Source: Octopus sinensis
Lineage: Eukaryota
Length of the DNA stretch: 64,000 nt
Reading direction: 5' to 3'
Assembly (NCBI RefSeq): GCF_006345805.1
Contig: NC_043005.1
Location: 2,418,001-2,482,000 of the forward strand
Positions within the stretch are counted from its first letter, which is position 1. Every line of letters starts with the position of its first letter. Below, piece after piece: positions 38,045 through 51,051 of the stretch. The position numbers were made by a program, and so were the translations under genes. The notes under the pieces are model-generated. The model was not told where the DNA came from. It saw only the letters and a program-made list of their open reading frames with translations, and did no database searches.

Positions 38045-40062
38045 GGCCTTCGACAGTATACCGCATCCATGGATCTTGAGATCGCTGGACATCTTCAAAA
38101 TTTCCCCTGTGATTTCAAACTTCCTGAAGCACAATATGTCGTTGTTGAATACGAATCTCCAATTATACCACTCTAATGGAGTACTTGCCTCAGAAAATAT
38201 AAACATCAACTGTGGAATTTTTCAAGGTGACTCACTTTCACCTTTAATATTCTGCATAGCCCTAATACCCCTTACAAGTGAATGAAACAGAACAAGGTAT
38301 GGGTATAAAATTGCCAATAAAAAAATAAGCCATCTATTTTATATGGATGACTTAAAACTTTATGGTAAAGACAATAATGAACTTGAAGGCCTATTGCGCA
38401 CCGTGAAATCATTCAGCGATGACATCGGGATGGAGTTTGGACTTGAGAAGTGTTCCAAGGCCACTTTCCAGAAAGGGAAGTGAAGACCACAAATTCAGTC
38501 GTGTTAGATGTTGACACAGTCATAAGAGAGCTTGAGCAAGAACAAACATACAAATATTTAGGGATAAATGAAGGCTCTGGTATTCAGCATGCAAGCATGA
38601 AAGAGAAAATCAGGAAGGAATGTTATAGGAGAGTTCGTGCAGTCCTGAAATCTGAACTAAATGCACGTAACAAGGTGTTAGCTATAAATTCCCTAGCAGT
38701 TCCAGTTGTTACTTATAGCTACAATGTGTTGAACTGGAATATGAGTGAAGTAAAGAATATAGATAGAAAAATACGCAAGCTGCTGAGTTGTAATAGGATG
38801 CACCACCCAAAGGCAGACGTAGATCGCCTTTACCTTCCCAGAGCCCAAGGAGGTCGAGGCCTGATCCAATTTGAACTAGCTTACAAAACAACCACAATTG
38901 GACTGGCCAAATATCTCGAAATATCGAATGACTGGATGCTAAAGCTCGTGGAAAATCACGAGACGAAAGAAGCTTCATTCTATCATCAAGGAAAGCAAAA
39001 AATTTGCTATTGATCTCGTGCAGGATACCCAAACTGAACAACCCGAGGGAAGTACGGCAACTATTGTTGCAAAGAAGGTGAAAATGATGGCAATGAAAAA
39101 AGCGCACGAGCAATTGGCTGATAGGTGGGAGGAGAAACCTCTGCACGGCAAATATGTGACCGCAGCAAACAAGCTGATGTTGACCAGAAGCAAACCCATC
39201 AGTGGCTGCGGAGCTCAGGGCTAAAAGCAGAGAGCGAAGGTTTCATCCTGGCTGCTCAAGACCAAAGCCTATCAACCCGGAACTACCAGGCCAATGTGAT
39301 GAAAAATGGAGCAGACCCAAAATGCCGATTCTGCAACGACATGATTGAAACAGTGGACCACCTAATCTCTGGATGTAAAGTCTTAGCACCAGTGGAGTAT
39401 AAATTAAGACATGACAGAGTTGGCCAATATCTCCACTGGCTAATAAGTCGGCATTACAATATCAAAACTGCCGACAAGTGGTATAATCACCACCCTGAGG
39501 CTGTAACTGAAGGAGAAAATGTAACCATTCTGTGGGACTTTCCAGTACATACAGACCGAACCATCAAGGCCAATAAACCAGATATTGTTGTGAAAGACCA
39601 AAACAATAAAGTTTGCTTATTGATCGACATGAGCATCCCCTGTGATCATAATATCTCAGCGAAAGAGTTTGACAAGCTCAGAAAATATAAAGACCTACTC
39701 ATTGAAATTGAGAAAATGTGGCATCTCAAGGCGGTTACAATACCAGTGATCGTAGGAGCACTAGGAATGATCAAGAAGGGAACCGAAAATTATATGAGAA
39801 TGATCCCTGGCTTACCATCCCTGCAAGAAGTGCAAAAGATTGTCTTAACTGGTACATCACACGTATTGAGAAGAGCATTGTCGATGTGAGAACTGTTGCT
39901 GCTCATGCATTTTAATTTAACTTTAAAAAAAAAAAAAAAAAAAAAAAATTAACGAACTACTGAGTTTGGTTTAATGGCCTACCAATATACACTATGAGTT
40001 TCTTTGCCCTAGGAGTCGGGAAGACACTCGGCAAGAAATGGAAGAAAATTTGAAAGAAGAAA

Positions 40063-40063
<1 letters not shown>
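38043..40063 (+). mobile_element. 5'-truncated R4/Dong-like element (alpha), copy 1 of a tandem pair
   Basis: GIFQGDSLSPLIF, YMDDLKLY, CRFCNDMIETVDHLISGC, KPDIVV..LLIDMSIP, KYKDL. Several frameshifts and stops; (AAT)n on both sides. Confidence 0.92.
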
Positions 40064-40133
<70 letters not shown>

Positions 40134-40139
40134 CAACAA

Positions 40140-42250
40140 GGGTGCCGCCGAGGCTCATACGGATGCAAAGATCAACTGCTAATTAATCGTATGATCCTTG
40201 AGAACTGTCACAACAAGCGCAGAAATCTCAGCTCCGCATGGATTGACTATAAAAAGGCCTTCGACAATATACCGCATACATGGCTCTTGAGATCGCTGGA
40301 CATCTTCAAAATTTCCCCTGTGATTTCAAGCTTCCTGAAGCACAATATGTCGTTGTGGAATACGAATCTCCAATTATACTACTCTAATGGAGTACTTGCC
40401 TCAGAAAATATAAAGATCAACTGTGGGATTTTTCAAGGTGACTCACTTTTACCTTTAATATTCTGCATAGCCCTAATACCCCTTACAAGTGAATTAAACA
40501 GAACAGGGTATGGGTATAAAATTGCCAATAAAAAAATAAGCCATCTATTTTATATGGATGACTTAAAACTCTATGGTAAAGACAATAATGTACTTGAAGG
40601 CCTATTGCGCACTGTGAAAGCATTCAGCGATGACATCGGGATGGAGTTTGGACTTGAGAAGTGTTCCAAGGCCACTTTCCAGAAAGGGAAAGTGAAGACC
40701 ACAAATTCAGTCGTGTTAGATGTTGACACAGTCATAAGAGAGCTTGAGCAAGAACAAACATACAAATATTTAGGGATAAATGAAGGCTCTGGTATTCAGC
40801 ATGCAAGCATGAAAGAGAAAATCAGGAAGGAATGTTATAGGAGAGTTCGTGCAGTCCTGAAATCTGAACTAAATGCACGTAACAAGGTGTTAGCTATAAA
40901 TTCCTTAGCAGTTCCAGTTGTTACTTATAGCTACAATGTGTTGAACTGGAATATGAGTGAAGTAAAGAATATAGATAGGAAAATACGCAAGCTGCTGAGT
41001 TGTAATAAGATGCACCACCCAAGGCAGACGTAGATCGCCTTTACCTCCCCAGAGCCCAAGGAAGTCGAGGCTGATCCAATTTGAACTAGCTTACAAAACA
41101 ACCACAATTGGACTGGCCAAATATCTTGAAATAACGAATGACTGGATGCTAAAGCTCGTGGAAAATCACGAGAGACGAAAGAAGCTTCATTCTATCATAA
41201 AGGAAAGCAAAAAATTTTCTATTGATCTCGTGCAGGATACCCAAACTGAACAACCCGAGGGAAGTACGGCAACTATTGTTGCAAAGAAGGGGAAAATAAT
41301 GGCACGAGCAATTGGCTGATAGGTGGGAGGAGAAACCTCTGCACGGCAAATATGTGGTCCGCAGCAAACAAGCTGATGTTGACCAGAAGCAAACCCATCA
41401 GTGGCTGCGGAGCTCAGGGCTAAAAGCAGAGAGCGAAGGTTTCATCCTGGCTGCTCAAGATCAAAGCCTACTAACCCGGAACTACCAGGCCAATGTGATG
41501 TAAAATGGAGCAGACCCAAAATGGCGATTCTGCAACGACATGATTGAAACAGTGGACCACCTAATCTCTGGATGTAAAGTCTTAGCACCAGTGGAGTATA
41601 AATTAAGACATGACAGAGTTGGCCAATATCTACACTTGCTGATAAGTCGGCATTACAATATCAAAACTGCCGACAAGTGGTATAATCACCACCCTGAGGC
41701 TGTAACTGAAGGAGAAAATGTAACCATTCTGTGGGACTTTCCAGTACATACAGACCGAACCATCAAGGCCAATAAACCAGATATTGTTGTGAAAGACCAA
41801 AACAATAAAGTTTGCTTATTGATCGACATGAGCATCCCCTGTGATAATAATATCTCGGCGAAAGAGTTTGACAAGCTCAGAAAATATAAAGACCTACTCA
41901 TTGAAATTGAGAAAATGTGGCATCTCAAGGCGGTTACAATACCAGTGATCGTAGGAGCACTAGGAATGATCAAGAAGGGAACCAAAAATTATATGAGAAT
42001 GATCCCTGGCTTACCATCCCTGCAAGAAGTGCAAAAGATTGTCTTAACTGGTACATCACACGTATTGAGAAGAGCACTGTCGATGTGAGAACTATTACTA
42101 CCCATGTATTTTAATTTAACTTTAAAAAAAAACGAACAAACTATTGAGTTTAGTTTAATGGCCTACCAATGTATACTATGAGTTTCTTTGCCCTAGTAGT
42201 CGGGAAGACACTCGGCAAGAAATGGAAGCAAATTTGAAAGAAGAAAAAAA
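40140..42250 (+). mobile_element. 5'-truncated R4/Dong-like element (alpha), copy 2 of a tandem pair
   Basis: ORFs 40191-41033 (RT, YMDD intact) and 41540-42088 (zinc knuckle end + RLE). Nearly identical to copy 1; (AAT)n on both sides. Confidence 0.92.
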
Positions 42251-42303
<53 letters not shown>

Positions 42304-42581
42304 TAATAATAATAATAATTTTTCCTGTTGTAACTCGAAGAAATCGAAGAGATACAGTTAAATCCCAAACATATTAAACAAGAGCCTTAGGTGAGATGGG
42401 CAACTTATGTAAAGACGGGGACAGACACGAAAAACGTGTTTGCAACAGGATTTAAGACTTTATAAAAACACAGAAATATGGTTACATATAATGAATATAT
42501 AAAGTATTATAAATTACAACAATAAAACATTATGTGTGTGTGTGTGTGTGTATGTGTGTGTGTGTGTGCGTGCGTGCGTGT

Positions 42582-42885
42582 GAAGGCGCATGGCTTAATG
42601 GTTCGAGCGTTGCACCCACGATTGCAGGATCGTGGGTTCGATTCCGATACAGGGTGTTGCGTTGTGTTCTTGAGCAAAGCACGTCATTTCGTGTTGCTCA
42701 ACGATCATTTCAACATCTGACATGTGACACCCGTCGCACCTGTACAGGTAATGTCGATCTGATGGAGGGAGTGAATTTACGTGTACACAAACATTTGATC
42801 ACTATAAACAAATCATCTGTGTGGTTGTTCAGTAAGAAATTGTCGAACACTCATACATAGTCTAACGACGGGTGAGTCCATCGTG
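42582..42885 (+). mobile_element. tRNA-derived SINE, family C
   Basis: A box TGGCTTAATGG, B box GGTTCGATTCC, then gtgttcttgagcaaagcac. Confidence 0.75.
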
Positions 42886-42896
42886 TATATATATAC

Positions 42897-42931
<35 letters not shown>

Positions 42932-42937
42932 ATATAT

Positions 42938-43004
<67 letters not shown>

Positions 43005-43184
43005 TATATATATATATATACAACGTGTACTGAAAAAGTAAGTACAGATTTTTCATTCCAGTTATGCACACATTCACAAGTACTGGCAGAATACACAACT
43101 CCCAGCTGTAACCTCGACGGTGGTGGTGGTGGGGCTTGCATTATGTTCTATTTTGTGAGTAATTCTGTTAGATTTTAGTCTTTA

Positions 43185-43267
43185 TTCACCTGAAGAAAAC
43201 GGTTTCTCTGCCAGACGTAACGCTTTTGTTCATTAATAAAGAACACGCCTGAAACAATTGTCCTGAA
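43185..43267 (+). ncRNA. Degenerate hammerhead motif related to 31364-31469
   Basis: ttca c CTGAAGA [54 nt] GAAAC AATT GTC c tgaa. Confidence 0.4.
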
Positions 43268-43319
43268 CCCAGCTGTGTCATTGTTTGTACATGAATTTAA
43301 AGTTCAAGCTGCATTGACC

Positions 43320-44745
43320 GAACTACCTTACCTTCCTCCCTATTTCTTCCTTGTATCGTTCACATCTGGGGACTCCACATTTACTTGGGCCGCAGTAACC
43401 AACATCATGTAAAGCTTTGAAATAACCCCTTCGAAATGTCAGTCTGAAATTGATACAAATATTCTCATATTCTGTTCGAATTGTAATCCCATTTTGTCCC
43501 AATCTGTACTTTGAAAATTCTTTGTGTATTCCGTACAAGTATCTTATTAGATCCCTGCTAGTCTTAAAAAGAATTGTGCATTTCATTTCCTTCAGAGAAG
43601 AGGCTAGTTCCTCCTCAGAACAATGGATACCCCTTCATAGTAAATGAGATCTTTCTCAGCGGAGAGTGTTTCCACTTTAAGAGTGGTATACCCTTACTTC
43701 GTGTTTTTAAAGCCTTTTTCGATAGTTTTCTTCAGGTCTTGTTTCGGTTTTTCGAATAATGCTTTCCTCTTTTACCGCCACACATGTACCAATTGAGGTT
43801 TTTTTCCCATCTTTGCTGAATGTTAAGGTCTTCCTCTCAGCTTCTTCACAAGGATGCCATCTGCTATTGTTTTGTGATCCAGCGGTGCCTTAAGGACTTT
43901 TATGTCCATAACGACTATACCTGGCCTCGTACCCCTAAATGTTACACGTGCCCAGACGGTGAACCCTGTGTTTCTTCTCTCCAAATATTATGGAAGTCGT
44001 TTAAGGACAGATGTGTCTCGGACAGTTTATGCTTGCACATCATCCACAACCACTGGTTTAAGTATGCACTTAGGTTAAGAAGACTCATCTGCCAGGGCTG
44101 TCTTCAAGTGTTCGAGGCCTGTAGGCGCTTCTATGATCAATTCAGAGAGGCTGACGCAAGTCATGGGAACAAAACGCTGTCAAGTTTTATTTCTATCACT
44201 AAAATGTTCCATATTTAGGTTTAATTTTCTTTTCCAGAGAACTTTTACGAACCGTTACGTTTACTTCTTGTTTGTTATATTTTTATTTCTCGAAATAGTA
44301 CATATTTGTTGTTATTGTTGTTGCTGCTGTTGATGTTGCTGTAGTTTTTCTTCTGTTCCTCTTGTTCTTGTTGTCACCATTCGTGTTTTTCTTACGCTAC
44401 GCTTTTTTTTTTTTTTGAAATGTCATTATAATTTTTTTTTTTTGTGATTTGTTGCTGTGTTCATTAACATTTTCTTTCTTCTTGCATTTTATTTGGTGTC
44501 GGTTTATCTTTGTTCAATGCTGTTTATTCCTGAGGCGGACCCCGAAGAGGCGAAGCCATTTTCGCCTAAACAAGATAATTGAATTCAATGGAAATATTCT
44601 AAAATGCTAACTTCGTCGTCTAACCCCAGCAAGGGGCCAAACGTTATCAAATGTTCAATAATAGCTCCTCTGGAAACAATGTCAGTTCCTTTAGAATTCG
44701 GAATTCTCAGGGTAAAATGTTTAGCACATCTCAGCGAGTCAGCGG
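43320..44745 (-). mobile_element. Degraded 5' portion (UTR + N-terminal ORF) of an R4/Dong-like element
   Basis: Minus-strand remnants QWLWMMCKHK...FHNIWREE, SEEELASSLKEMK...RYLYGIHKEFSKYRL...RRGYFKAL and VNVESPDVNDTRK resemble the R4 pre-RT region. Confidence 0.5.
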
Positions 44746-44769
44746 TGAGTAATAATAATAATAATAATG

Positions 44770-44845
<76 letters not shown>

Positions 44846-44884
44846 TAATGATGATGATGATGATGATGATAGTAATAATAAACA

Positions 44885-45050
44885 GACATAATTTTCTCTA
44901 GAACAATATTCTGTGCAGAAGCCAATGTATGGCACCCTAGGCATAACACCAACATGAACTTTATAATTGTTGTCTCTTGAGGTCTCTGGGTGAGACTTGG
45001 AGTCAACTCGTACAAATACAAAGCAAAAGTCAAACATATAGTAATGATAA
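44885..45050 (+). mobile_element. Solo 3' UTR of R4-like subfamily beta
   Basis: atggcaccctaggcataacaccaac...gtctcttgaggtctctgggtgagacttggag...gcaaaagtcaaacata matches ~53750-53863. Flanked by AAT-type repeats. Confidence 0.85.
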
Positions 45051-45092
45051 TAATAATAACAACAACAACAACACTTTACAATGTTTTGCAAC

Positions 45093-47112
45093 AACCTAGT
45101 ATGATTCCCTCTTGGTTAGTTAATGGTGTAATATTCCTACTTCCATAAAATGAAAAAACAAAATGAACCAAAACATTATAGACCATAACCTGCTTAGCAA
45201 CAATGTATAACATCCTGGCATCTGTCTTGACTGAATATACCTATAGTTTTTTATAGAAAGTGGCATATTCCCTAATGAGCAAAAAGGATGTAAACGTGGG
45301 TGCTATGATTGTAAAGATCAGCTACTCACCAATAAGATATTCTTGGAAGATTATCACAAACGACTCAAAACTTGTCGATAGCCTGGATAGACTATAAAAA
45401 GGCTTTTGATAGCCTACCAAGTAGCTAGATTAAGAAAAGGTCTGGAAATGTATAAGATAGCACCTACTCTGCGAAACTTTTTGTCTGTAAGTATGAGATC
45501 ATGGAGAACCACACTAACTTTGAACAGTGACAATGAATCTCTAAATGCTGGTGATGTAAAAATTTCATGTGGCATTTTCCAGGGTGACTCAATATCACAA
45601 CTCTTTTGTTTGGCCTTAATGACATCAGAATGCAATTTGGCCTCGATAAATGTGCAAAAGCTACCTTTACCAGAGGAAAAATGACAGAAACATCTAACGT
45701 TAACCTTGATCAGCAGAATGTCATAAAAGAACTAGACCCAGCAGAGAACTACAAGTACCTAGGGGTAATTGAAGGGGACGGAATCAAACATTCAGAGATG
45801 AGGGAAAGGATCAGAAGAGAATGTTATCGCAGAGTAAGAGCAATACTCAAGACAGAGCTGAATGCGAGAAACAGGATCGAAGCGATCAATATTTTAGGCA
45901 TATCGGTTGTGACTTACAGCTTCAATATCATTAATTGGTCAATTACTGAAATACGTAATGTTGACAGAAAAATACGAAATTTGTTGACAATGCACCACCC
46001 TATGGCAGATATAGAACGATTTTACCTGCCAAGAAAAGAGGGTGGCTGTGGACTTTTACAACTGGCAATAACAATGAAGATTGCTACAATTGGCCTAAAC
46101 ACCTACCTGAAAAACTCTGGGAACTGGATGTTAAAACTTATTTTAAAGCATGAAAACAAGAAAACATCATACTCAGTAACAAAACAGGCAAAGGAATATC
46201 TAAGTGAATTCCGAATACAACAAATTTCGGAATTAGAGATAGACATACAAGAAACAAGCACAGAAAAAGCTAGGCGCATGAAAACCCGTGCTAAAACTAC
46301 TGCCTCAGATATTGTTGCTGATAAAAGGCAAGAAAAACCTCCCAGTGGCAAATACCCAAAGAGAGCTAATAATGCCGATAATGACAAAGCCGTTACCCAT
46401 CAATGGCTAAAGGTTTCTGGCTTAAAATCTGAAACAGAAGCTCAAGATCAATACCTTTATACAAGGAACTACCAGGCCAACATATTAAAGAACGGCAGCT
46501 TCCCAACATGCCGTGTATGTCAACAACAAAATGAATCCATTGATCATGTTGTCTCCATGTGTAGTCGTCTTCCGCCTACAGAGTATCCAACAGGCATGAT
46601 AGAGCAGCACAATATATTCACTGGGTAATTTACCAAAACTTGGACTTGTCACATGATAAAAACTGGTGGGAACACAATGTAACTGCAATGGAACTTCACC
46701 GTTCAAACTGACAGACAATTAGATGCGAACAGGCCAGACATCATATTGGAAGACTTCAGACAAAAATCATGTTTCCTCATTGATATGACTGTCACAATGT
46801 ATTTACCAAAAACTGAGCAAGTATAAAGATCTTAAAATAGAAATTGGCAAAATGTGGAACTCCCAAGACTAAAACAATATCTGTTGTCATAGGTGCCCTA
46901 GGAATGACATCAAAAGGGGCTGATTGTTACCTACCTCAGATACCAGGAAACCTCAAAATAGCAGAAAATCAAAAGATAGTGCTCATGGGAATTGCCTATA
47001 ACCTATGTAACATACTTTCAATGTAATCTTAGATTTTAAAACAAACTTATAATTTATGTTTCCTTAGACATTCTCTCGAACAAAATACATAACCAAATAT
47101 ATGGCACCCTAG
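45093..47112 (+). mobile_element. Degraded R4/Dong-like element (beta) with internal deletions
   Basis: NYRPITCL and DYKKAFD motifs, ORF 45606-46628 (FGLDKCAK...CRVCQQQNESIDHVVSMC), and an RLE remnant. A deletion near 45620 removes the YMDD region. Confidence 0.9.
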
Positions 47113-47165
47113 TTACAACAACAACAACAACAATAATAATAATAATAATGATAATAATGATAATA

Positions 47166-47306
<141 letters not shown>

Positions 47307-47307
47307 G

Positions 47308-50300
47308 AGAACACCGGGGGACTTTTAAGATGTAAGAAGGAAAATTCAGAGCTCCGAAACCTATCCACAAACATCGAAAACAAGGACATCCTATGGAGCC
47401 AAAGTTTTACTAACAAAGAATTGGACTGTATCCGAGTAAGTAATACAAATTGAAATTTATTACTATTTTCGAAACGAAATGATGTATTTTGACTCGATAT
47501 CATCTCCACCTCTAACGCAACACATGTAAACATGCGTGAAACATCACGATCATCTCCGACCCCAAACACCATGTACAAAGGAACTACGAAGAAATTAAAT
47601 GCCACCGATACTATTCAAGCCAAGAATAACAATCGAGCGGTACGTACATTAAACCTACAACAAAAAATGTACGAAAAACTACACGTGCGAAATAATGTGA
47701 CAACAGAAATAAACGGAACGGTACCCTACGAAAATGACGACCGTCAAAATAATGGGCCGGACGTTGTACATCATGTCCCGCAAATAAAACCCAAAAGACG
47801 TAAATGGACACGTGAGGAATACATTTCTATCTTACACGCATACTTCACAGCAATGCTCTACCCACAAAATGAAAATACAACAACACATACATATAAAATA
47901 TGGAAGGAAAATAATAGAGATTTAGACTTGGATACAGCAATGAACCCTAATAAATTAGGTAACGTACGAAGATACATTCTCAACACAAAAAAAATATCAG
48001 AAATAGAAATAGAACACCTAAAAGAAAACATGCACCAGGAAAATGTAGATAGAAGCCACACAACAATGCCCAATAATATAAACACTGAAACTGTAAAACA
48101 CGAAGACAAACGCAACATTCCCAACAAACACGAGGTAAACAACGAAGGGGAGCCTAATGATTATGATAATATAAAAAATAAAATAATCAAAGAACTAAAA
48201 ACCACAGAGCTCAAAATGGACCACCGACCATACCTCCCAAGAATAAAAATAAACGCAATAACAACACCAATTATAAACAACATAAACCTAGCCGTCACTG
48301 AACTAGCCACTGAAACAAAAAAAAGTGATATCACGAGAAACGCCAACGCTTCTTTGAACAGAACAAAAAGTTCAACTCCGACCTCAAAAAGTTCTACCAA
48401 GAACTGGGCAAAAATAAAATAGAAGTCACTGCAGCACCAACGGCAGAAGAATTGGAAGAATTCTGGGGAGAAATATGGTCGGCGAACGAACCACCAAAAA
48501 AAAGAGTATCAAAATAACAAACTCGGCATCTGAACAAACTTGGACCCCCATAACAACTGAAGAGGTCACCCAGGCACTGCAAGACTAAGCAACTGGAAGG
48601 CACCTGGGCATGACAAGATCCCCAACTTCTGGTTGAAATATCTAACAGGAATGCACAAAAAGCTGGCTGAAAACTTTAACAACGTACTAGCAGAGCCAGA
48701 GACAATGCTGAATGGCTCACGAAGGGGAAAACCATCTTAATTCCCAAATCAAATGAAACAGAAAAACCAGAAAACTACAGACCAATAACCTGCCTCCCTA
48801 CTATGTTCAAGGCATTTACTGCAGTGATATCACAAAGGCTGAACAAGCACCTGGACGAAAACAAACTGTCCCAGAAGAGCAGAAAGGATGCCGCAAAGGC
48901 TCATATGGCTGTAAAGATCAACTAATGATTAATAAAGCCATAACTGAAGACAGCCACAGAAAGAAGAAAGGCCTCAGTATGGCCTGGATTGACTACAAAA
49001 AGGCGTTTGATAGCATCCCCCACACATGGATCCTCGAAACACTAGCCATTAACAAAGTAGCACCAACAATCATAAAATTCATAGAGCACTCTATGAATAA
49101 ATGACAAACAGTCCTACACCTCCAAACAAAAGAGGGACTCATGAAAACCAAAGACATCCCCATTAGAAGAGGAATATTCCAGGGAGATACGCTCTCTCCA
49201 CTCCTTTTCTGCTTGGCACTGTCACCTCTATCTGATATGCTAAATAGAACTGGATGCGGATATAAATGTTACGGCAAAACGATCAGCCACCTTTTATATA
49301 TGGATGACCTAAAACTATACGCTGCAAATGACAAACAGCTGGAAACACTATTAAAGACAGTTCATGGATTTACCAAAGAAATAGATATGAAATTTGGATT
49401 AGAAAAATGCGCCAAAGTAACCATGAAAAGAGGAAAACTAGTTAAGAGTAACAACATCACACTAGATAAAACCAATGAAATAAAAGAATTAGACCAAAGC
49501 CAAACTTACAAATACTTAGGAATCCATGAACTAGATAAGACACAACACACACAAATGAAAGAGAAAATAAAAAAAGAATATTATAGACGAGTTAGATCAA
49601 TACTAAACACAGAGCTCAATGCTAAAAACAAGATAATAGGTATCAACACTTTAGCTGTCCCAGTTATAAGTTACAGCTACAATATCCTTAACTGGACACG
49701 AAATGAACTGTCCAAAATAGATAGGAAAACAAGAAAAATACTGACAGGATTTAGGATGCATCACCCAAAATCTGACATAGAAAGACTATATATACAACGT
49801 ATAGAAGGTGGTAGAGGCCTTATACAGCTGGAAAACTACTATAAAATAACCACCATAGGACTGCAAAAATATCTACTTCAGAAGGAAGGAAAACTGATCC
49901 AGATAGCAGCTAAACACGAGCAAAACAAAAAACTGTTCTCAGTATTTAAGGAAGCTGACAAATACGAACAAGAAATCATACCAACTAATAAACACAAAGA
50001 AGAAGAAGAAGATGATGAAGAAACAACAAAAGCTATAAAACAAATGAAATCCAAACTAAAAATAGAACAGCAACGAGCCATGATAAAACGATGGCAAGAA
50101 AAACCCCTTCATGGTAAATACTGCACTAAACTAAACGCAAAAGAAATAGACAAAGAAAAATCCCAACAATGGTTGAGAAGCTCAGGACTCAAAGCAGAAA
50201 CAGAGGGTTTTTTAATTGCAGCACAAGACCAAAGCCTCCCCACCAGAAATTACCAAAAACATGTAATGAAAAGAAATATAACAAGTAACTGCAGAATATG

Positions 50301-50954
50301 TGGAGATGGACAAGAAACAATAAATCATATTATCTCTAGCTGCCCAGTCCTGGCTAAGAAGGAATATATTCACAGACATGACAGAGTTGGAACCTACATA
50401 CATTGGAAGCTATGCCAACATTATGGAATAACAACAGAAAAAAAATGGTATAGGCACACACCGATAAAGGTCACAGAAAACGAGAAAGCAACCATACTCT
50501 GGGATATGCCGATACACACAGATAGAGAAATTAAGGCCAACAGACTAGATATAGTTGTCAGAGATCATGAAGAAAAAAAATGCTTTCTAATTGATGTTTC
50601 AATACCGGCAGATGACAACGTGTCTCTAAAAGAAATGGAGAAACTCTCAAAATACAAAGACCTGGAAATAGAGGTAACTAGAATGTGGAACCTGAAAACA
50701 GAAACAATTCCTATCATAGTAGGTGCATTAGGCATGATAAAAAAATATTCAGACAAATACATAACAAAAACACCAGGACTTACAAACACATATAACATAC
50801 AGAAAATTGCACTACTAGGCAGGGCACACATCCTACGCAGAACACTTTCCATACAATAACCATCAGAGCATCACAACAAATCACAGCACATACCTAAGGC
50901 ACTCAGAGCTGCGCTCGGTAGTGAAGTGAAAGCACGCTATAAAACTAAAACTAT

Positions 50955-50955
<1 letters not shown>
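47308..50955 (+). mobile_element. Near full-length R4/Dong-like element (gamma)
   Basis: N-terminal KRRKWTREEY...KIWKENN...NKLGNVRRYI, RT (GIFQGDTLSPLLF, YMDDLKLY), CRICGDGQETINHIISSC, RHD, RLE (RLDIVV..LIDVSIP, KYKDL). Broken by frameshifts; long (AAT)n on both sides. Confidence 0.93.
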
Positions 50956-51032
<77 letters not shown>

Positions 51033-51051
51033 TTAATAATAATAATAATAA

